From positions 52,509 through 72,508 of the forward strand of contig BLSG01000129.1 in the NCBI GenBank assembly GCA_012862495.1: a stretch of 20,000 nucleotides of DNA. The letters are read 5' to 3'. Source of the stretch: Thraustochytrium aureum (lineage: Eukaryota). Under the pieces are notes generated by a model. That model did no database searches. It was not told the DNA's origin and saw only the letters and a list, made by a program, of their open reading frames with translations. Positions 19,340-20,000 of the stretch are shown here, piece after piece (within the stretch, counting starts at the first letter, position 1; every line of letters begins with the position of its first letter). A program made the position numbers and the translations under genes.

Positions 19340-20000
19340 GGTTGCCCGCCTATCGCTGCCGCAGCTCGCACGATGGTCCTGCTGCCGCTCGCGTTCGCGG
19401 AGGTGAGGCTGTGCTGGTGGCGAATTGCGCACGGCAAGGGATGTGGCTCTGTGCTCAATCCGCCCTGATGGAATGAATGGGTTGGACGATGCCGCTCCGA
19501 GTCAGGCTGGCGTTGTACACATGTATGTACGAGTAACTGCAACTCTCACCTCTGGCGGAGGAAGACATGCAGGAAGTATGAAAGGACGCAGTCGGCCTGT
19601 TCCTGCTCTGGAGCCATCGCCTGTGCACTCGCGGCAATTTGCAGCCTCGCGCGTGTGTTCGCTTGCCGTCCTTGGGTTTGCAAGTGGAGTAGAGTACTTT
19701 CTCGCTAGTAGCAAGGAGGATGCAGGAGGTGGGTCGCAGGACTCCACTGCAGGGCCCTCCCCGAGTGCATTGCACTCGGTAGGTAGCGCATTTCGCAAGT
19801 GTCGAAGCAGAACTCATTCTGCTGCCACTGGAAGTGCATTGCTCAGAGTACCATGGGTGTGCGGTGGCGCCTCTCTGGCCAGTGAGCCAGCCAGAGTCAG
19901 GGACACAAAACCCGTCTAACGCCCTCTCAGGTCCAGCCCCAAGCTGTGAGCGAGCTGGATTCCCGAAACCAGACAGAAGTGGACTGCCAGGAGAACGAAG

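Noticed and set aside
18452..19468. Long antisense ORFs (338 aa here; also 5805-7106, 1561-2286, 3415-3984)
   Set aside because: Shadow frames of GC-rich genes on the opposite strand, with no recognisable motifs.

Overview
GC-rich eukaryotic nuclear DNA with compact genes, short GT-AG introns, tetranucleotide microsatellites and five N tracts. The style suggests a protist such as a labyrinthulomycete/thraustochytrid (inference only). In order, the window holds: a ZSWIM2-like SWIM-RING-ZZ gene (-, runs off the left edge); a ZRANB3-like SNF2 helicase/HNH nuclease with an added N-terminal PARP-type zinc finger (-); a divergent gene (+) with an MLKL-like helical N-terminus, a dead TKL-type pseudokinase and armadillo repeats; and three intronless paralogues of an EGF-like + 7-transmembrane (GPCR-topology) family, with an intron-containing nucleoside hydrolase between the first and second. 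The best leads are the MLKL-like pseudokinase-ARM protein, the orphan EGF-7TM cluster, a repeated intergenic GTAGAGTAC motif, a hammerhead-ribozyme-like core at 17044-17105, and frame breaks in three conserved genes that can all be read as -1 shifts (most simply assembly errors).
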